From the NCBI GenBank assembly GCA_051362555.1, contig CM120642.1, positions 34,162,001 through 34,226,000 on the forward strand: a DNA stretch of 64,000 nt. The letters run 5' to 3'. The DNA comes from Lingula anatina (Eukaryota; Animalia; Brachiopoda). A program made the position numbers and the translations under genes. The number at the start of each line of letters is the position of its first letter. Position 1 is the first letter of the stretch. Shown here in pieces: positions 52,201-61,200 of this stretch. The notes below the pieces were generated by a model. That model did not search any database, had not been told where the DNA came from, and was given only the letters and a program-made list of their open reading frames with translations.

Positions 52201-55200
52201 AACTGCATAGATATTTAAGGTAATGAACTGTGAACTGCATAGATATTTAAGGTAATGAACTGTGAACTGCATAGATATTTAAGGTAATGAACTGTGAACT
52301 GCATAGATATTTAAGCAAAGACATCCATTGGAATTCACATAAAAGAAAAATGTCAAACATTTTGAAGTAAAGACACAACAAAAATGATGTTGAGACAAAT
52401 ATGCAGTAAAGAACCAAGTGATGAAGTTTTTCTTAATATCAAGTATGCTGCATGGTTGTGAGGCTTGAGCCAATAATAGCACTCAAGGTGTCTTGGTGAC
52501 CTTTACACAAAATATTAAGTCTCTATTTGTTGTAAATGGAACCACATAAATCATGTCTTTTAAAACTTGGACTGATAAGCACAGAGGTCTGTGTTATGCT
52601 CCTATTTCACACACACCACAAATCCCACGAATCGCCATGAATTGACAAATTTCAGGATTCATGGTTGAATCGTATTCAGTTTGTGAAGTTCTTAACAGAT
52701 TCGTATATATTCGTAGTCAGTTCTTGAAATTCTTGACCAACAAGAATTCGTGGCAAAAACTTTGATGGCCCTATTTCACTCAGACCATGAATCCCACGAA
52801 TCGCCAGGAATTAAATATATTTATTTTTCAAGGAGATATCAATAGCTATGATGAAATAGACAAAGTCCCGAGCATAGAAAGGGTAAAAAATGGGAACAAA
52901 AAAAATGTCAGTTATATTCAGAAACTAAAGCCATGTTCAGCATAAGTGACATATAGAATTTTCAGACAATTTTCTCTGGTGCAAACTAACCTCCAGCTTA
53001 TCAACAATGGTTTTCTTGGTGAGGTCCACCAGCTCTTGGTCATCTATGGAGAAAGCAGGGAAACTGACAATACTGATCAACCCAGCATCTACTTCCTGAA
53101 ATACACAGTAATATAGTAAGTTAAAGGATTTTATCCTGAAATACACATTAAATTACAAATCTTTATCCTTTTAGGTTCCAACAATATTATTGCTTCTGAT
53201 GATAAAAAAATTAACACATGCAAGATTTGTTTTTCTAATTATTCATACGCATTTGTCAGCCATAATCTATCATGAAAGTCATGTCTTTTTTAGTGTAAAA
53301 AACACTGAGATACAGTTAACAATAAGTATAAAAGTGACTGATGGGAGAAAAATAATTTTTAGAAAAAATTTTATTAGTTTTCACAAAGATGTAGTCAGCC
53401 TTGGTATAATTGATCTAAATCAGTCCAATTAAAGTTATGTGTCTAATTCACATTTTGCTGTGTATTATATCTACCTTTGAATTAGATTCTCTGGGCAGCA
53501 TTGACTGTAATATAGCCTGAAAACATACAAAGCAAAATATCCACTTGTTCCCAAGGTTAGCTTTGATAAGAATAAAGTATATATTAATTAGATTCTCTGG
53601 GCAGCATTGACTGTAATATAGCCTGAAAACATACAAAGCAAAATATCCACTTGTTCCCAAAGTTAGCTTTGATAAGAATAAAGTATATATTAATTAGATT
53701 CTCTGGGCAGCATTGACTGTAATATAGCCTGAAAACATACAAAGCAAAATATCCACTTGTTCCCAAGGTTAGCTTTGATAAGAATAATGTATATATTAAT
53801 TAGATTCTCTGGGCAGCATTGACTGTAATATAGCCTGAAAACATACAAAGCAAAATATCCACTTGTTCCCAAGGTTAGCTTTGATAAGAATAATGTATAT
53901 ATTAATTAGGGCAGCATTGACTGTAATATAGCCTGAAAACATACAAAGCAAAATATCCACTTGTTCCCAAGGTTAGCTTTGATAAGAATAATGTATATAT
54001 TAATTAGATTCTCTGGGCAGCATTGACTGTAATATAGCCTGAAAACATACAAAGCAAAATATCCACTTGTTCCCAAGGTTAGCTTTGATAAGAATAATGT
54101 ATATATTAATTAGGGCAGCATTGACTGTAATATAGCCTGAAAACATACAAAGCAAAATATCCACTTGTTCCCAAGGTTAGCTTTGATAAGAATAAAGTAT
54201 ATATTAATTAGATTCTCTGGGCAGCATTGACTGTAATATAGCCTGAAAACATACAAAGCAAAATATCCACTTGTTCCCAAGGTTAGCTTTGATAAGAATA
54301 ATGTATATATTAATTAGATTCTCTGGGCAGCATTGACTGTAATATAGCCTGAAAACATACAAAGCAAAATATCCACTTGTTCCCAAAGTTAGCTTTGATC
54401 AGTATAAAGTATATATTAATTAGTGCTTGCCTTGGGGCTAGTTGGTGAGTTCCATATCTACAACATAAAACAGCATTCATTCAAGTTACTCATAAATACT
54501 CACATTATCACATGAATCACGACACTGTTTTATGAGTTCAGGTATCAGCAGTAGAAAATCTAGTCAATCTGAGACACACCTGCCTTCCTACCTGACACTG
54601 TTTTATGTATACCAGACTGTCTTCCTACCTGTCACTGTTTTATGTATACTGGACTGTCTTCCTACCTGTCACTGTTTTATGTATACTGGACTGTCTTCCT
54701 ACCTGTCACTGTTTTATGTATACCGGACTGTCTTCCTACCTGTCACTGTTTTATGTATACTGTACTGTCTTCCTACCTGTCACTGTTTTATGTATACTGG
54801 ACTGTCTTCCTACCTGTCACTGTTTTATGTATACTGGACTGTCTTCCTACCTGTCACTGTTTTATGTATACTGGACTGTCTTCCTACCTGACACTGTTTT
54901 ATGTATACTGGACTGTCTTCCTACCTGTAATGTTTTATGTATACTGGACTGTCTTCCTACCTGTCACTGTTTTATGTATACTGGACTGTCTTCCTACCTG
55001 TCACTGTTTTATGTATACTGGACTGTCTTCCTACCTGTCACTGTTTTATGTATACTGTACTGTCTTCCTACCTGTCACTGTTTTATGTATACTGGACTGT
55101 CTTCCTACCTGACACTGTTTTATGTATACTGGACTGTCTTCCTACCTGTCACTGTTTTATGTATACTGGACTGTCTTCCTACCTGACACTGTTTTATGTA

Positions 55201-58200
55201 TACTGGACTGTCTTGCTACCTGACACTGTTTTATGTATACTGGACTGTCTTCCTACCTGTAATGTTTTATGTATACTGGACTGTCTTCCTACCTGACACT
55301 GTTTTATGTATACCAGACTGTCTTCCTACCTGTCACTGTTTTATGTATACTGGACTGTCTTCCTACCTGTCACTGTTTTATGTATACTGGACTGTCTTCC
55401 TACCTGTCACTGTTTTATGTATACCGGACTGTCTTCCTACCTGTCACTGTTTTATGTATACTGTACTGTCTTCCTACCTGTCACTGTTTTATGTATACTG
55501 GACTGTCTTCCTACCTGTCACTGTTTTATGTATACTGGACTGTCTTCCTACCTGTCACTGTTTTATGTATACTGGACTGTCTTCCTACCTGACACTGTTT
55601 TATGTATACTGGACTGTCTTCCTACCTGTAATGTTTTATGTATACTGGACTGTCTTCCTACCTGTCACTGTTTTATGTATACTGGACTGTCTTCCTACCT
55701 GTCACTGTTTTATGTATACTGGACTGTCTTCCTACCTGTCACTGTTTTATGTATACTGTACTGTCTTCCTACCTGTCACTGTTTTATGTATACTGGACTG
55801 TCTTCCTACCTGACACTGTTTTATGTATACTGGACTGTCTTCCTACCTGTCACTGTTTTATGTATACTGGACTGTCTTCCTACCTGACACTGTTTTATGT
55901 ATACTGGACTGTCTTGCTACCTGACACTGTTTTATGTATACTGGACTGTCTTCCTACCTGTAATGTTTTATGTATACTGGACTGTCTTCCTACCTGACAC
56001 TGTTTTATGTATACTGTACTGTCTTCCTACCTGTAATGTTTTATGTATACTGGACTGTCTTCCTACCTGACACTGTTTTATGTATACTGGACTGTCTTCC
56101 TACCTGTAATGTTTTATGTATACTGTACTGTCTTCCTACCTGTCACTGTTTTATGTATACTGTACTGTCTTCCTACCTGTCACTGTTTTATGTATACTGT
56201 ACTGTCTTCCTACCTGTAATGTTTTATGTATACTGGACTGTCTTCCTACATGACACTGTTTTATGTATACTGGACTGTTTTCCTACCTGACACTGTTTTA
56301 CGTATACTGGACTGTCTTCCTACCTGTCACTGTTTTACGTATACTGGACTGTCTTCCTACCTGTCACTGTTTTACGTATACTGTACTGTCTTCCTACCTG
56401 TCACTGTTTTATGTATACTGGACTGTCTTCCTACCTGACACTGTTTTATGTATACTGTACTGTCTTCCTACCTGACACTGTTTTATGTATACTGGACTGT
56501 CTTCCTACCTGACACTGTTTTATGTATACTGGACTGTCTTCCTACCTGTAATGTTTTATGTATACTGGACTGTCTTCCTACCTGACACTGTTTTATGTAT
56601 ACTGGACTGTCTTCCTACCTGTCACTGTTTTATGTATACTGGACTGTCTTCCTACCTGACACTGTTTTATGTATACTGTACTGTCTTCCTACCTGTAATG
56701 TTTTATGTATACTGGACTGTCTTCCTACCTGTCACTGTTTTATGTATACTGGACTGTCTTCCTACCTGACACTGTTTTATGTATACTGGACTGTCTTCCT
56801 ACCTGTAATGTTTTATGTATACTGTACTGTCTTCCTACCTGTAATGTTTTATGTATACTGGACTGTCTTCCTACCTGACACTGTTTTATGTATACTGGAC
56901 TGTCTTCCTACCTGTAATGTTTTATGTATACTGTACTGTCTTCCTACCTGTAATGTTTTATGTATACTGGACTGTCTTCCTACCTGTAATGTTTTATGTA
57001 TACTGGACTGTCTTCCTACCTGACACTGTTTTATGTATACTGGACTGTCTTCCTACCTGTAATGTTTTATGTATACTGGACTGTCTTCCTACCTGACACT
57101 GTTTTATGTATACTGGACTGTCTTCCTACCTGTCACTGTTTTATGTATACTGGACTGTCTTCCTACCTGACACTGTTTTATGTATACTGTACTGTCTTCC
57201 TACCTGTAATGTTTTATGTATACTGGACTGTCTTCCTACCTGTCACTGTTTTATGTATACTGGACTGTCTTCCTACCTGACACTGTTTTATGTATACTGG
57301 ACTGTCTTCCTACCTGTCACTGTTTTATGTATACTGGACTGTCTTCCTACCTGTCACTGTTTTATGTATACTGTACTGTCTTCCTACCTGACACTGTTTT
57401 ATGTATACTGGACTGTCTTCCTACCTGACACTGTTTTATGTATACTGGACTGTCTTCCTACCTGTCACTGTTTTATGTATACTGGACTGTCTTCCTACCT
57501 GTCACTGTTTTATGTATACTGTACTGTCTTCCTACCTGTCACTGTTTTATGTATACTGGACTGTCTTCCTACCTGTCACTGTTTTATGTATACTGTACTG
57601 TCTTCCTACCTGTCACTGGTTTATGTATACTGGACTGTCTTCCTACCTGACACTGTTTTATGTATACTGGACTGTCTTCCTACCTGACACCGTTTTATGT
57701 ATACTGGACTGTCTTCCTACCTGACACTGTTTTATGTATACTGGACTGTCTTCCTACCTGTAATGTTTTATGTATACTGTACTGTCTTCCTACCTGACAC
57801 TGTTTTATGTATACTGGACTGTCTTCCTACCTGACACTGTTTTATGTATACTGGACTGTCTTCCTACCTGACACTGTTTTATGTATACTGGACTGTCTTC
57901 CTACCTGTAATGTTTTATGTATACTGGACTGTCTTCCTACCTGACACTGTTTTATGTATACTGGACTGTCTTCCTACCTGTAATGTTTTATGTATACTGT
58001 ACTGTCTTCCTACCTGACACTGTTTTATGTATACTGGACTGTCTTCCTACCTGACACTGTTTTATGTATACTGGACTGTCTTCCTACCTGACACTGTTTT
58101 ATGTATACTGGACTGTCTTCCTACCTGTAATGTTTTATGTATACTGGACTGTCTTCCTACCTGACACTGTTTTATGTATACTGGACTGTCTTCCTACCTG

Positions 58201-61200
58201 ACACTGTTTTATGTATACTGGACTGTCTTCCTACCTGACACTGTTTTATGTATACTGGACTGTCTTCCTACCTGACACTGTTGAGACTCATCAGCCAGGA
58301 CGTGGATCACTGACTCTGGACCTCCGCGGGCACCAAACAAGTCCAGCTCATTAATGGCCTCCAGTGCGGCCTAAAGAGAAGAGGAACATAATATACATAA
58401 ATTGACTCAGACTTCAATAACACAACAAAACAAAAAAAAAAGTTGATCATCTCAAAGAGATGCTTTCATTTATCAAATACCAAAATATAATGAGAAACAA
58501 GATTTACAGGACTGATAAAACAAGGCAACACCTTCAACCAATGTGAAAACAGCCAATACTGGAAATATCAGTTCAATAAAGTCAGAATAATGTTATCAGT
58601 TTCAGAGCTATGCTAACATCTACCTACCTTTGCCATGCCAATAGAGGATGAGTTCAGTTCTGGCAGACCATGGTTGGTTTTGTCTCCTCTTTCCCATATT
58701 CCATAATCCTAAATTGACATAATCATGCTTTGTTATAAATTCAATTTCCTCTCAATAGGCTTCTCTTCTTCCTACTCCTACAAAGACATATCTTGGTTTT
58801 CTTTGAATTCTACATCGTGGGTTTTTATTCTAATTTGCAGCACATGCACTGTTTTTTATTACTATTCTATGTAAACTTCCTTGAAACCTGGTGCAGTTTA
58901 AAAATCAAGTTTGCTACCAAATCATAATAAAGGATACAAAGAATGAACTGCAGCACACTTTGTGATGCAACTATGTTTTCCTCAGCTAACTTTTAGCTGA
59001 TTTACTTCACTTACTGGTATTCTGTAAGCAGCTTCAATATAAAATACCAGATTCTGAACAAAGGCCACTTCATCTAATGTAAATATCAGCTGTAGACCTA
59101 AAAACAAACATGGAACTTGGAACACTTCAATTTTAACATGAAAATTGTAAAAAAAAAAAAATGTAATGCATTTTTCATGAGCAATATATAGTCTTCTCAT
59201 AACAATAACATATAAAAACAATTTCTTAAAGCAAATAATCAATAAATACATTTAAGCTTCACTTCTCACCTTGGAGCTGGTGAGAGCAAATAAGTTATTT
59301 ATTTGGGGCATTCCATTTCCTCTTTTGTAACATCTTTTCCCCTTCATAACTCCTTCTTCTCCACATAAGATCAATTACATAAAACTTATACATCTCTTTA
59401 TTGCCATTAAAAATTAAGATTGCACCTCACCTTAATGTTTACTAGAGAAGTACAAAGGGTATTAATATTTGGGGGGATATATACTATGAACTGGAGAAGA
59501 CAAATTAATATTTGGAGCGATATATATACTGTGAACTCCCTGTAGCTTTAAAACAAGGTGTTACAGTATCAACATGTTGTAGTGTGTTCTGACCTGAGGC
59601 AGTCATCTCTGCCAGACACAGTAAATACAAAGATGTGGCATCAATCTGCAGGTGCCCCCACTGCCCATCCCCCACACATGTAGCTCCAGTACACGCATCA
59701 TATTTAGCATGTAATGCATCCCTGGGATTTTGAGTCTTCTTAAATGTTTCCAACTTGTCCACTTGCTTCATCATGCAGCTGAGGAGACCGCGCATCAATT
59801 TCACAACACTCTATAAGATAATTAGTGTATATAAAGGCCTTACAATTAGTGTTGGTAAATATTATATTATACCATCAAAATAAAATACCTTATAAAAATT
59901 GCAGCAAATTTCATATATCTTTGAAAAGCATCAAACTGGACAAAAGTGAAATAAAAAGATTTTGAATAAAACAAAATCATGGTAAACGTTTTGCTGAGAC
60001 TGTGCAGTCCTTACCTGTTCCAGTTCATATGCTTTAGCTCTGTCTTCATCCATGTTGGCTTGCTTCTTATATGCCAATGCCAGGCCCCAGACACAGAGAA
60101 TGGAGTAGAGATTGTCGCGTACCCAGGCATGATTCGAGTTATTTCCAGGAAGGAGACCTGTCACTGGATTCTGAAATTTATAACAATCAAGGTCCTTTAT
60201 TCAGGGCCCGAGGGCATGATTAGAATTATTCCAAGGAAGAAGACCTTTCACAAGACCAATGACCCTTTTGGATCAATGACCGTTCAGACCAATGAACCAT
60301 AGGTTTAACCACACACAGCCAATAGATATCAGGACAATTTCCACCTGATGATACCCACACCCATTCCAACAGAATATATATTTATATTCAAAAATAAAGC
60401 ATAGAGTAAAAAGTTCAAATCTTTCTTCTACTGTATGACTTTTTCTTAGTGTGATGATGCACCTCAACAATAAATTTCATTAAACAATTCATTTTCATGG
60501 AGTACAAGTACAGAAAATTTCAGAAATAGAAGTACAAAAAAATTTATGAAAAATCTAATCAAAGTATATCTCCAGGTAAAGTGGGGTAAACAAATGATCT
60601 CGCACTTCCAGATAATCCTTTGATGAATTAAATGTTACTATACTTTTAATTGCTTCAGTATTTCTGCCCTTGATTAAGTAAGTCTTGCATCAAGGTGCAT
60701 CTCTGGGGAGAGGTGGGGTAAACAGATTTTCTCACTTAAATACAGGTATCCCTTTCTTATCTGCCAGTATTAATTCCTTGACTACGGTAATATGCCAAAT
60801 GATTTGACCAAGATTAATTAATTAATTTTATGGAAATATCATTTTGATCAAATTGATTAAAATATAGCAATGTAAACCTTTGATATCGTCGGATTGTTTG
60901 GGGCATCTGCCAAAACGTCCATCTTACCGGAAGTATTGCATTCTACCCAAAGTGTCACGCAAGATAAGCCGCAATTTTTTCGCTTAACACATGTTTCAAG
61001 CACGTTTTATCCTCCTTTTGAATTCTTATTTTGCTGTGTACAATATGTGCTAACATTACTTGAGATTCAAACAGACGACAATTCACAATTTCTATTTAAT
61101 TCCCTCACCTACGATTATTTTCATGACCCGCTTCAAAAGTGGGACGCTTTTTTCCCCCGGAGACAGGTGTTGTAAACAATGCCCGGTCACTTATATTTGA

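Noticed and set aside
53448-54386. Repeated 60-aa ORFs as tandem gene copies
   Set aside because: They are units of the exon 7 acceptor array, not independent genes.
54532-57724. Many hydrophobic ORFs ([11 protein letters not shown]...)
   Set aside because: Antisense translations of the 37-bp donor array.
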